Part shown: positions 10,438 through 20,439 of the stretch, piece after piece
How the letters are laid out: each line of letters starts with the position of its first letter
Position numbering within the stretch: the first letter of the stretch is position 1
Origin: Escherichia coli
Lineage (GTDB): Bacteria > Pseudomonadota > Gammaproteobacteria > Enterobacterales > Enterobacteriaceae
Length of the DNA stretch: 64,000 nt
Reading direction: 5' to 3' (one strand)
Assembly: GCF_044324785.1 (NCBI RefSeq)
Contig: NZ_CP172128.1
Position numbers and translations under genes: made by a program
The notes under the pieces: model-generated
The model's database searches: none
The model's input: only the letters and a program-made list of their open reading frames with translations
What the model was told of the DNA's origin: nothing

Positions 10438-10483
10438 AAAATAGTCTTAGCGTGGGATATTTTCCGTTTTCCAAGCGGACCCC

Positions 10484-10680
10484 AAGGAAGACTACATCGC
10501 GTTCATGCCGAAACCGAATGTAAGAACGGCATTGCATAATCTTGCAGTGGCGATCGAACATTACAATGAAAACCATCCGCACAGTGCGTTGGGTTATCGC
10601 TCTCCGCGAGAATATCGACGTCAGCGGGTAACATTAACTTAAGATACAACCCCTGTCTGGAAATAAGGGGGCAAGAACAC
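10484..10680 (+). pseudogene. 3' fragment of IS2-like orfB transposase with right-end remnant
   Basis: near-identical at nucleotide level to 4785-4980 of the IS2-like element; begins abruptly at the mini-element IR. Confidence 0.55.
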
Positions 10681-10791
10681 ATTGACACTGTAAATATGGC
10701 ATTGTATAAAACCCCGCGATAATAATGAGTTTCATTTGCATTACTCCCATTTGCTGGTCATCCACTCGCCTGTTTACAAGGATAGCGTTTA

Positions 10792-11790
10792 ATGAAGAAG
10801 GTCCTTTGCGCGTTAGGCTTGATGTTCACCGCCGTCAGTTCCGCGCTGGCAACAACCTACCCCCTGACGATTGAAAACTGCGGCTATCAGGAGACCTTCA
10901 CCCGGCCGCCGGAGCGCGTGGTCGCGCTGGGGCAAAATACGGTCGAAATTCTGCTGCTGCTCGGGCTGCAAAAGCAGGTGGTCGCCAGCGCCTTCTGGCC
11001 GACCAGCGTTTTACCGCAGCTGGCTGAGCAAAACGCGAAGATTAAAACCTTGACGGTGGAAATTCCGAGCCTGGAATCGGTGCTGGCGCAAAATCCTGAT
11101 TTCGTTCCCGCCCAGTTGCCGCTGCTGCTGGGGCCGGAAAGCAAAGTCGCCAGGCGTGAAGATCTCGCCACCGTCGGCGTGAACAGCTACGTCTCACCGG
11201 GGGTGTGCGCCACCAAAAAGGCCACCGGCGATATGTACGGCAGCCGGCAAAAGCTGTGGGATATGACCTGGCTGTATCAGGAAATTAGCGATTTTTCCCG
11301 CATTTTCAACGTCGAAGATCGTGGTCAGGCGCTGATTGCCGATTTCAAAAAACGTGAAGCCGACCTGCGCCAGGAGTTTGGTAAAAGCAAAAAGGATCTC
11401 TCCTTCGTCTTCTGGTTCTCCAGCGCCTCACCTTCGGCCGATGCCTATGTCGGCGGCAAAAACAGCGCCTCCGGATTTATCGCCAGCGTGCTGGGCGGAC
11501 ATAATGCGATTACCTCCGAAACCGAGTGGCCCACGGTGAGCTGGGAGAGCATTATTGCCGCCAACCCGGATGTGATCGTGGTCGCCAGCCTGGATCGTAA
11601 CCGCTGGGCGCTGGATAAAGCCGAGGAGAAGATCAAATTCCTCAAAAGCGATCCCGCCGTCAGCCAGCTGGAGGCGGTGAAAAAAGGCCATATCGTGGTC
11701 ATGGACGGTCAGGCGATGAATCCGACCATTCGCACGCTTTACGGAGCGGAGCAGGTGGGCGAGCAGCTGAGAAAAATGGGGCTGAACTGA
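10792..11790 (+). CDS. ABC transporter periplasmic substrate-binding protein (iron/siderophore type)
   Basis: 332 aa with signal peptide; followed by FecCD-type permease and ATPase genes. Confidence 0.7.
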   Translation: MKKVLCALGLMFTAVSSALATTYPLTIENCGYQETFTRPPERVVALGQNTVEILLLLGLQKQVVASAFWPTSVLPQLAEQNAKIKTLTVEIPSLESVLAQNPDFVPAQLPLLLGPESKVARREDLATVGVNSYVSPGVCATKKATGDMYGSRQKLWDMTWLYQEISDFSRIFNVEDRGQALIADFKKREADLRQEFGKSKKDLSFVFWFSSASPSADAYVGGKNSASGFIASVLGGHNAITSETEWPTVSWESIIAANPDVIVVASLDRNRWALDKAEEKIKFLKSDPAVSQLEAVKKGHIVVMDGQAMNPTIRTLYGAEQVGEQLRKMGLN

Positions 11791-12827
11791 TGAGCGTCGG
11801 CGCGATTGAGACGTGCCGCAGCATACTGCTCACCGGCTGGTGTGTACTGGCAGCGATCGTGCTGGCGCTGGTGATCGCTGTGGGCGTCAGCGTTGGCGAG
11901 CTGGCCATCCCGCTGCAGAATGTCTTTTATGCTATCAGCAACAGAACCGGCTTAACCGCTGAGCCGCTCAACCGTATCTATGAGAGCGTTATCTGGGATT
12001 TCCGCCTCAGCCGCGCGCTGGTCGCCGCCTGCTGCGGCGCCGGCCTCGCTATCTGCGGTGTCGTGCTGCAAAGCTTGCTGAAGAATGCCCTCGCCGAACC
12101 CTACGTCCTCGGCGTCTCCGCCGGGGCCTCCACCGGCGCGGTGTCGATCGTGGTGCTGGGCCTTGGCTCTGGCGCAATTTCCCTCTCGGCAGGCGCCTTT
12201 GCCGGGGCCTTCGCCGCCTTCGCCTTTGTCGCCTTGCTGACTAACGGCGCGCGCGGCGGCAATGAGCGTACGATTCTTGCGGGCGTCGCCGCCTCGCAGT
12301 TATTTAACGCCATCACGGCCTATACCATCAGCACCACCGCCAGCGCGCAGCAGGCGCGCGATGTGATGTTCTGGCTGCTGGGCAGCTTCAGCGGCGTCCG
12401 CTGGCCCGAATTCCAGTTGGTCATCGTGGTGGTGCTCGCGGGTCTGGCGGTCTGCCTGTGGTATGCCCGGGCGCTGGACGCGTTCACCTTCGGCGACGAT
12501 GCCGCCGCCTCGCTGGGGATTGCTGTGCCGCGCGTGCGCCTGATCCTCTTCACCACTGCGGCGCTGATCACCGCCACCATCGTCAGCATGGCCGGCTCAA
12601 TCGGCTTTGTTGGCCTGGTGGTGCCGCACGTGATGCGTTTCTTCTTTGGCCCGCTGCACCGAACGTTGCTGATCGCCAGCGCGCTGGCAGGGGCGATATT
12701 GATGGTACTGGCGGACATTGCGTCGCGCCTGCTGATTGCCCCGCAAAGTCTGCCCGTTGGGGTAGTAACCGCCCTGGTTGGGGTGCCTTTCTTTGCCGTG
12801 ATTATCTACCGCTCAAGGAATAAGTGA
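11790..12827 (+). CDS. ABC transporter permease, FecCD family
   Basis: 345 aa, multi-pass hydrophobic, FecCD-like conserved glycine-rich segments; start overlaps upstream stop. Confidence 0.75.
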   Translation: MSVGAIETCRSILLTGWCVLAAIVLALVIAVGVSVGELAIPLQNVFYAISNRTGLTAEPLNRIYESVIWDFRLSRALVAACCGAGLAICGVVLQSLLKNALAEPYVLGVSAGASTGAVSIVVLGLGSGAISLSAGAFAGAFAAFAFVALLTNGARGGNERTILAGVAASQLFNAITAYTISTTASAQQARDVMFWLLGSFSGVRWPEFQLVIVVVLAGLAVCLWYARALDAFTFGDDAAASLGIAVPRVRLILFTTAALITATIVSMAGSIGFVGLVVPHVMRFFFGPLHRTLLIASALAGAILMVLADIASRLLIAPQSLPVGVVTALVGVPFFAVIIYRSRNK

Positions 12828-13588
12828 TGAGTATTTGCGCTGAAAATATCACCTGGAAGGCAGGCAAAAAGGTCATCGTCAATAATGTCTCGCTGCGGGT
12901 GCCGCGCGGAGAAACGGTCGGACTGCTGGGGCCCAACGGCTGCGGCAAATCCTCGCTGCTGCGCGTTCTGGCGGGCCTGCGCCGCCCGGATGCAGGTCGC
13001 GTCACCCTCGACGGCCAGGATATCGCCCGGATGGCGAAAAAGCAGCTCGCCCGCCGCGTGGCTTGCGTCGAGCAACACGGCATGACCGAGGCCAATATGC
13101 GGGTGCGCGACGTCGTGCGCCTGGGACGCATTCCCCACCACTCTCCGTTCTCAAACTGGAGCGCTCAGGATGACGAAGCGATTGCCGCCGCGCTGCAGCG
13201 GGTAGCGATGCTGGAGAAAAGCGAACAGGGATGGTTAAGCCTCTCCGGCGGCGAGCGGCAGCGGGTGCATATCGCCCGCGCGCTGGCGCAGAGCCCGAGC
13301 GAAATCCTGCTGGATGAGCCGACCAACCATCTGGATATACACCATCAGATGCAGTTAATGCAGTTGATCAGCGAGCTGCCGGTAACCAGCATTGTGGCCA
13401 TTCACGATCTTAACCATGCCGCGATGTTCTGCGATTCGCTGATCGTGATGCAGCAGGGGCAGATCCTCGCCAGCGGGACGCCGGAGGAGATTTTGTCCGA
13501 AGCGCTGCTGTGGGACGTTTTCCGGGTGAAAACCAAAATCGAGATCTCCCCTTACCACGGCAAAAAGCACATTCATTTCATCGTTTAG
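12824..13588 (+). CDS. ABC transporter ATP-binding protein
   Basis: Walker A GPNGCGKSS, signature LSGGERQR, Walker B LLDEPT. Confidence 0.85.
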   Translation: MMSICAENITWKAGKKVIVNNVSLRVPRGETVGLLGPNGCGKSSLLRVLAGLRRPDAGRVTLDGQDIARMAKKQLARRVACVEQHGMTEANMRVRDVVRLGRIPHHSPFSNWSAQDDEAIAAALQRVAMLEKSEQGWLSLSGGERQRVHIARALAQSPSEILLDEPTNHLDIHHQMQLMQLISELPVTSIVAIHDLNHAAMFCDSLIVMQQGQILASGTPEEILSEALLWDVFRVKTKIEISPYHGKKHIHFIV

Positions 13589-13599
13589 GTTGGGCGGAT

Positions 13600-14832
13600 A
13601 TGCCTCTTTTCTCCCTGCGCCCTGCGGCAACCCTCTGGCCTCCGGTGTTACTGGGAAGCCAGTTCGTTTTTAATATTGGCTTTTACGCGGTCGTACCTTT
13701 CCTCGCCCTCTTCCTGCGCGACGACATGCTGCTCTCAGGCGGACTTATCGGCCTGATCCTCGGGCTGCGTACCTTCTCCCAACAGGGGATGTTTATCCTC
13801 GGCGGGACGCTGGCCGACCGCTATGGCGCTAAGGCGATCATTCTCGCCGGCTGCGTCGTTCGCGTCGCCGGTTTTCTCCTGCTGGCGTGCGGGGCGTCGC
13901 TGTGGGCCATTATCCTTGGCGCCTGCCTGACCGGCGTCGGCGGCGCCCTGTTCTCCCCGTCGATAGAGGCCCTGCTGGCGCGGGCCGGTACCCACAGCCA
14001 GGCCAACGGGAAACGCAGCCGCGCCGAGTGGTTTGCGCTGTTTGCGGTATGCGGTGAACTGGGAGCGGTGATCGGCCCGGTGGCCGGAGGCGTGCTGAGC
14101 GGGATCGGCTTTCGACATATCGCCCTCGCCGGCGCGGGAATATTTCTTCTGGCGCTGGCGGTGCTCTTTTTCGGTCTGCCCGCCGACGGGCACACGACAA
14201 CAACGCGCAGACGAGTCCCATGGTGGACGCCTTTGCGCCAGCCGCGCTTTGTCGCGTTTATTCTCGCCTACAGCTCATGGCTGTTGAGCTACAACCAACT
14301 CTACCTCGCTCTGCCGGTGGAGATCCAACGTTCCGGCGGCCGCGAGCAGGATCTGGCGCCGCTCTTTATGCTGGCCTCGCTGTTGATTATCACCCTCCAG
14401 CTCCCTCTCGCCCGCTTCGCCCGGCGAATGGGCGCCGTGCGCATCCTGCCGGTGGGCTTTCTGCTGCTGTCGGCTTCCTTTGCCAGCGTGGCGTTATTCG
14501 CCGCCGCCCCACCCGCCGAAAGTTGGCTGCGGTTAATGCCGGCGGCTGGTTTTGTCACGCTGCTCACCCTCGGCCAGATGCTGTTAGTGCCCGCAGCCAA
14601 GGATCTGATCCCGCTGTTCGCCGAGGAGTCGACGCTGGGCGCCCACTACGGAGCGCTCGCCACCGCAGGAGGGTGCGCGGTGTTAGCCGGGAATTTACTG
14701 CTCGGTCATTTACTTGACCAGGCGCTCATTCCGTCGCCGCAGGCGGTTTATCCCTGGCTTCTGCTGGCGCTGTTTCCGCTGTGCAGCGCCGTCGCCCTGC
14801 GGGCGATCTGTCGCCCGCTGGCGGCAACATGA
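13600..14832 (+). CDS. MFS transporter
   Basis: ~410 aa hydrophobic 12-TM-like protein; ATG at 13600 just after ATPase stop preferred over the 13510 ORF-track start, which overlaps the ATPase. Confidence 0.6.
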   Translation: MPLFSLRPAATLWPPVLLGSQFVFNIGFYAVVPFLALFLRDDMLLSGGLIGLILGLRTFSQQGMFILGGTLADRYGAKAIILAGCVVRVAGFLLLACGASLWAIILGACLTGVGGALFSPSIEALLARAGTHSQANGKRSRAEWFALFAVCGELGAVIGPVAGGVLSGIGFRHIALAGAGIFLLALAVLFFGLPADGHTTTTRRRVPWWTPLRQPRFVAFILAYSSWLLSYNQLYLALPVEIQRSGGREQDLAPLFMLASLLIITLQLPLARFARRMGAVRILPVGFLLLSASFASVALFAAAPPAESWLRLMPAAGFVTLLTLGQMLLVPAAKDLIPLFAEESTLGAHYGALATAGGCAVLAGNLLLGHLLDQALIPSPQAVYPWLLLALFPLCSAVALRAICRPLAAT

Positions 14833-14909
14833 CGCAGAGCGGGTAACAGCCCGCTCTGGAAGTGAACAGCTGGTATCCATATTTTCAGCTAATCCTTTAA
14901 CAAAGATCC

Positions 14910-15085
14910 TCAGCCCTGTTTAAACCCCGGCTTGCCGTTTTTGGCTCGCCATTCCTTCACTTCTTTTACGATACCTTCAGGACTGTCCTCACGGTCATCC
15001 CTTGGATAATAAATAAGATCAGAACCATCAGGGTGTTCAGCTAATCGACGAAATTCATCCACTAATTTATCGTCATCAGCCTCAG
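14910..15085 (-). pseudogene. colicin E-type DNase immunity protein (Im family), 3' fragment truncated by IS1
   Basis: minus-strand translation ...[41 protein letters not shown] matches the conserved C-terminus of Im2/Im7/Im9-type proteins; ORF enters IS1 end. Confidence 0.5.
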
Positions 15086-15853
15086 GGTGATGCTGCCAAC
15101 TTACTGATTTAGTATATGATGGTGTTTTTGAGGTGCTCCAGTGGCTTCTGTTTCTATCAGCTGTCCCTCCTGTTCAGCTACTGACGGGGTGGTGCGTAAC
15201 GGCAAAAGCACCGCCGGACATCAGCGCTATCTCTGCTCTCACTGCCGTAAAACATGGCAACTGCAGTTCACTTACACCGCTTCTCAACCCGGTACGCACC
15301 AGAAAATCATTGATATGGCCATGAATGGCGTTGGATGCCGGGCAACAGCCCGCATTATGGGCGTTGTCCTCAACACGATTTTACGTCACTTAAAAAACTC
15401 AGGCCGCAGTCGGTAACCTCGCGCATACAGCCGGGCAGTGACGTCATCGTCTGCGCGGAAATGGACGAACAGTGGGGCTATGTCGGGGCTAAATCGCGCC
15501 AGCGCTGGCTGTTTTACGCGTATGACAGGCTCCGGAAGACGGTTGTTGCGCACGTATTCGGTGAACGCACTATGGCGACGCTGGGGCGTCTTATGAGCCT
15601 GCTGTCACCCTTTGACGTGGTGATATGGATGACGGATGGCTGGCCGCTGTATGAATCCCGCCTGAAGGGAAAGCTGCACGTAATCAGCAAGCGATATACG
15701 CAGCGAATTGAGCGGCATAACCTGAATCTGAGGCAGCACCTGGCACGGCTGGGACGGAAGTCGCTGTCGTTCTCAAAATCGGTGGAGCTGCATGACAAAG
15801 TCATCGGGCATTATCTGAACATAAAACACTATCAATAAGTTGGAGTCATTACC
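15086..15853 (+). mobile_element. insAB: IS1 copy 1 (insA 15141-15416, insB 15335-15838)
   Basis: 768 bp, ends GGTGATGCTGCCAACTTACTG ... GTTGGAGTCATTACC; no flanking 9-bp duplication. Confidence 0.9.
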
Positions 15854-16048
15854 CGAACTAAAGAGGGGATGGCTGTTGCCCGTTCAAAGGGAAAATTGAA
15901 AGGAAAACAGCCTAAATTATCTGAAAAACAACAAAAAGAACTATGCCGTATGCGTGATACTGGCCAGTACTCTATCAGCGATCTAGCGGAACTATTTACC
16001 GTCTCGCGTGCAACGGTTTATCGAACACTTTCACGAGGACAAAAATGA
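15854..16048 (+). pseudogene. serine resolvase, C-terminal HTH fragment
   Basis: in-frame translation ...GKLKGKQPKLSEKQQKELCRMRDTGQYSISDLAELFTVSRATVYRTL... is a resolvase C-terminal domain; begins at IS1 end. Confidence 0.45.
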
Positions 16049-16307
16049 CCGATTTAACTACACAGCAACATCTAGTAAAAATTGTCCATGATTATGCCTG
16101 CCCTCAAAAGGGTCATGGACAGTCCATCAAAGGTTCAAATGGATTACATCTGCATTCAATACCCAGATTACTTCCGCTTTGCTAAATGGATAGAACGGTT
16201 GGCGTAGGGTATTGTTGATGGTGTAATTAAAGTTCCTAAAGATCATTAAAATATCAGATCGGAAATTTAGGCGGTTCCGGCGTAGAACCCAGAACCCCTT
16301 ATCCGAA

Positions 16308-17171
16308 TTATTGTTCAGTTAACTTCATTTCGACAAGTAAAGGTAAATGATCTGAGACAGATGCATATGGCTTACTTTCAGGGGTCGCTCTATCTGACGG
16401 TTTAGGAATATATACATCTTTAATGTCCCATTTTTGAGCATTTGATGTAAGTATATAATCAATTTTCCTGTCTGGATTCCATGATGGTGCCGTGTACTTC
16501 AATTCCTTATCAGTGTCATTGAACCATGCTGTTAAATCCAAGTACTCTGTTGATTGAGGTGGTAAATTAAGATCACCCACTATAATTGGAAGTGCATTTT
16601 TAAACTGCCAAGAAGAGAATTCTGTTTGAAGAGTTCTTACTTGCTCTGCTCGTAATGGCTGCGTAGTGAAGTCCAAATGAGTAGTTACTAACATAACAGG
16701 CGCAGGATAATTAGGGACATCAACTTCTACAGCACAGGCCGCTCTTTGCTCCGCACCTTTGATGTTAGGTAGTTCCATCCTTTTACTCAATTTCAAATCA
16801 TACTTAGACAGTACTGCTGTACCATATTCCCCACCATCATGATCTATAGCCTTGCAGAAGTAATAATTCATTCCCAACTTATTAGCTATATACTCTGCTT
16901 GATTGACTGGGTTAGAACCCTCTTTACTAAAGTTCTTACCAGAACGCCCAGTCATGTTATCAACTTCTTGCAGTCCAATAATATCAACATTCATTTTACG
17001 AATTGCTTCTACAATGGCATCAGTACTCCCCATTCTAGAGGCCATTATGTTATATGACCCAACACGAATACTATCGGTATCTGCTGGACCATCCATGAGG
17101 CGATCAGAAGCTAAAGTTGAAGAGGAAAGAACTATAAACCCTATAACCGCAGCAATGCTTGTTAATTTCAT
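16308..17171 (-). CDS. secreted endonuclease/exonuclease/phosphatase (EEP, DNase I-like fold) family protein
   Basis: 287 aa; N-terminal signal peptide; EEP-type motifs (GLQEV, VGDLN, C-terminal SDHLP); low-GC gene. Confidence 0.6.
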   Translation of the reverse strand: MKLTSIAAVIGFIVLSSSTLASDRLMDGPADTDSIRVGSYNIMASRMGSTDAIVEAIRKMNVDIIGLQEVDNMTGRSGKNFSKEGSNPVNQAEYIANKLGMNYYFCKAIDHDGGEYGTAVLSKYDLKLSKRMELPNIKGAEQRAACAVEVDVPNYPAPVMLVTTHLDFTTQPLRAEQVRTLQTEFSSWQFKNALPIIVGDLNLPPQSTEYLDLTAWFNDTDKELKYTAPSWNPDRKIDYILTSNAQKWDIKDVYIPKPSDRATPESKPYASVSDHLPLLVEMKLTEQ

Positions 17172-17192
17172 TTTTACACCTTGTTATTTTTG

Positions 17193-18523
17193 TAGACTGG
17201 CCCCCTGAATCTCCAGACAACCAATATCACTTAAATAAGTGATAGTCTTAATACTAGTTTTTAGACTAGTCATTGGAGAGCAGATGATTGATGTCTTAGG
17301 ACCGGAGAAACGCAGACGGCGTACTACACAGGAAAAGATCGCTATTGTTCAGCAGAGTTTTGAACCGGGAATGACGGTCTCCCTTGTTGCCCGGCAACAC
17401 GGTGTGGCAGCCAGCCAGTTATTTCTCTGGCGCAAGCAATACCAGGAGGGAAGTCTTACTGCTGTGGCCGCAGGAGAGCAGGTCGTTCCTGCCTCTGAAC
17501 TTGCTGCTGCCATGAAGCAGATTAAAGAACTCCAGCGCCTGCTCGGCAAAAAAACGATGGAAAATGAACTCCTTAAAGAAGCCGTTGAATACGGGCGTGC
17601 AAAAAAGTGGATAGCGCACGCGCCCTTATTGCCCGGGGATGGGGAGTAAGCTTAGTCAGCCGTTGTCTCCGGGTGTCGCGTGCGCAGTTGCACGTAATTC
17701 TCAGACGAACCGATGACTGGAAAGATGGTCGCCGCAGCCGTCACTCAGATGATACGGATGTGCTTCTCCGTATACACCATGTTATCGGAGAGCTGCCCAC
17801 GTATGGTTATCGTCGGGTATGGGCGCTGCTTCGCAGACAGGCCGAACTTGATGGTATGCCTGCGATCAATGCCAAACGTGTTTACCGGATCATGCGCCAG
17901 AATGCGCTGTTGCTTGAGCGAAAAACCGCTGTACCGCCATCGAAACGGGCACATACTGGCAAAGTGGCCGTGAAAGAAAGCAATCAACGATGGTGCTCTG
18001 ACGGGTTCGAGTTCCGCTGTGATAACGGAGAAAAACTGCGAGTCACGTTCGCGCTGGACTGCTGTGACCGTGAGGCACTGCACTGGGCAGTCACTACGGG
18101 CGGCTTCGACAGTGAAACAGTACAGGACGTCATGCTGGGAGCGGTGGAACGCCGCTTCGGCAACGAGCTTCCGGCGTCTCCAGTAGAGTGGCTGACGGAT
18201 AATGGTTCATGCTACCGGGCTAATGAAACACGGCAGTTTGCCCGGATGTTGGGGCTTGAACCGAAGAACACGGCGGTGCGGAGTCCGGAGAGTAACGGCA
18301 TAGCAGAGAGCTTCGTGAAAACGATAAAGCGTGACTACATCAGTATCATGCCTAAACCAGACGGGTTAACGGCAGCAAAGAACCTTGCAGAGGCGTTCGA
18401 GCATTATAACGAATGGCATCCGCATAGTGCACTGGGTTATCGCTCGCCACGGGAATATCTGCGGCAGCAGGCCAGTAATGGGTTAAGTGATAACAGGTGT
18501 CTGGAAATATAGGGGCAAATCCA
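17193..18523 (+). mobile_element. IS2 copy 1 (insC 17284-17649, insD 17607-18512)
   Basis: 1331 bp, IRL TAGACTGGCCCCCTGAATCTCCAGACAACC, right end ...GGGGCAAATCCA; 5-bp target duplication TTTTG on both sides. Confidence 0.9.
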
Positions 18524-18673
18524 TTTTGATAGTAAATTTACATATCAAAATAAATCATAAAATCGCTTTTTTTAGTGATAAAAACCTCAAAAACAAAAAC
18601 AATTAGTGATCAACATCTCATAAGTAGTACATTTATCAACCGTTCCATTAATGTTTCATTCTATCGCGAATTA

Positions 18674-19441
18674 GGTAATGACTCCAACTTATTGATAGTG
18701 TTTTATGTTCAGATAATGCCCGATGACTTTGTCATGCAGCTCCACCGATTTTGAGAACGACAGCGACTTCCGTCCCAGCCGTGCCAGGTGCTGCCTCAGA
18801 TTCAGGTTATGCCGCTCAATTCGCTGCGTATATCGCTTGCTGATTACGTGCAGCTTTCCCTTCAGGCGGGATTCATACAGCGGCCAGCCATCCGTCATCC
18901 ATATCACCACGTCAAAGGGTGACAGCAGGCTCATAAGACGCCCCAGCGTCGCCATAGTGCGTTCACCGAATACGTGCGCAACAACCGTCTTCCGGAGCCT
19001 GTCATACGCGTAAAACAGCCAGCGCTGGCGCGATTTAGCCCCGACATAGCCCCACTGTTCGTCCATTTCCGCGCAGACGATGACGTCACTGCCCGGCTGT
19101 ATGCGCGAGGTTACCGACTGCGGCCTGAGTTTTTTAAGTGACGTAAAATCGTGTTGAGGACAACGCCCATAATGCGGGCTGTTGCCCGGCATCCAACGCC
19201 ATTCATGGCCATATCAATGATTTTCTGGTGCGTACCGGGTTGAGAAGCGGTGTAAGTGAACTGCAGTTGCCATGTTTTACGGCAGTGAGAGCAGAGATAG
19301 CGCTGATGTCCGGCGGTGCTTTTGCCGTTACGCACCACCCCGTCAGTAGCTGAACAGGAGGGACAGCTGATAGAAACAGAAGCCACTGGAGCACCTCAAA
19401 AACACCATCATATACTAAATCAGTAAGTTGGCAGCATCACC
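18674..19441 (-). mobile_element. insAB: IS1 copy 2 (inverted relative to copy 1)
   Basis: 768 bp; insA/insB ORFs identical to copy 1; no flanking duplication. Confidence 0.9.
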
Positions 19442-19616
19442 CAAGGGGCCAGTCTAGCAGATTATGGTGCGCAGTTATACAACAGCAGTAATGAGGAGTC
19501 TACTATTTCTCTTGTTATGCCAGATGCAATTGAATGGAACGGAAAGAATACGCCAAGACGGCAATACATGATAAAATATATTGCCGTATTTAAATATTAA
19601 AATTTATTTTTGTAGA

Positions 19617-20024
19617 TTATCTGAATTTTCGGTGACCTTCAAGTTTTATATCGTTCATTTTATCCAGAGACTCACGTAATGATTCTATATCCCCGTCCTC
19701 AACTTTCTTTTTTGCAATATTGATTTCATGTTGTAGTTTTTTTAACTCTTCCTTATAACTATCTACAGAAACTTTATCATTAACATCTATCTTTTCAGGA
19801 ATAATATTCATAGAAGAATCTACAGATTTATCCATCATTTCAAGAGCATTTAATAGTGATGATTTATCATTGGAAGATTGTAGAATACTCATACTTTTGG
19901 CAAGAGACTGCATGTTTTTATCCAGGCCGGAAGCCAAAGATACGTTGCTGAGAGATAAAAAAATAGCTAGTACAGCACCTGAGAAAAATACCTTTTGTTT
20001 TTTCATTAATATATTCCTGTTCAA
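19617..20024 (-). CDS. cytochrome b562 family protein
   Basis: signal peptide plus four-helix-bundle-sized protein ending ...HRKFR, like the ...HQKYR C-terminus of E. coli cytochrome b562; alternative start at Met7. Confidence 0.55.
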   Translation of the reverse strand: MNRNILMKKQKVFFSGAVLAIFLSLSNVSLASGLDKNMQSLAKSMSILQSSNDKSSLLNALEMMDKSVDSSMNIIPEKIDVNDKVSVDSYKEELKKLQHEINIAKKKVEDGDIESLRESLDKMNDIKLEGHRKFR

Positions 20025-20204
20025 AGTTGATTATAGTTATGTCAATTTAAGTTTATTATTATGATTTTTTATTTTTGTACTATGAATCTCCTGTATGCTT
20101 ATATGTGCAGAAAATCTCATTTTATCAAGAAGAATATCAAATTTTCTCCGATACTTCTACATACTCCATCATTCATGCTCCTTTTATCCGTGCACCGTAA
20201 AACC

Positions 20205-20338
20205 CCGTCCTTCAGCGGGGATATAAGGCGCTGTTTTCCACCTAACCAGGTGTCTGCTGCTATTCAATGTATTGGCGGATGACGGATGCCGCCCGTTGAA
20301 GCAGGAACCCTCGTCCTTAGGGCGTGGAGGATGTCAAA
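20205..20338 (+). repeat. 134-bp direct repeat, copy 1
   Basis: ~97% identical to 28891-29024; contains short hairpins (CCCCG..CGGGG, GGCGG..CCGCC). Confidence 0.7.
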
Positions 20339-20439
20339 ATGAAAACTTGTGGTATGAATCAATCCATTCATCATCCTTTCGGATCATTGCATTCAGTATA
20401 ACGCTGGAAGAGCCTGGCAATATCACTGTATTGATGGTA

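Larger units (their letters stand above)
9632..10483 (+). mobile_element. miniature Tn21/Tn3-family element: IR - res - tnpR - IR, no tnpA
   Basis: 38-bp IRs at 9632-9669 (GGGGTCAGTTTGGAATTCGGAAAATAAACCATGTTAAG) and 10446-10483 (inverted, ~30/38 identical) flank only a res-like region and a resolvase gene. Confidence 0.5.

Noticed and set aside
13510-13599. ORF-track start of the MFS gene at 13510
   Set aside because: It overlaps the 3' end of the ATPase gene in another frame; ATG at 13600 gives a typical MFS N-terminus right after the ATPase stop.
11336-14923. Many overlapping ORFs (e.g. 12320-12718, 13735-14221, 14220-14717) within the ABC/MFS island
   Set aside because: High-GC region generates long spurious frames; all overlap the coherent transporter genes.
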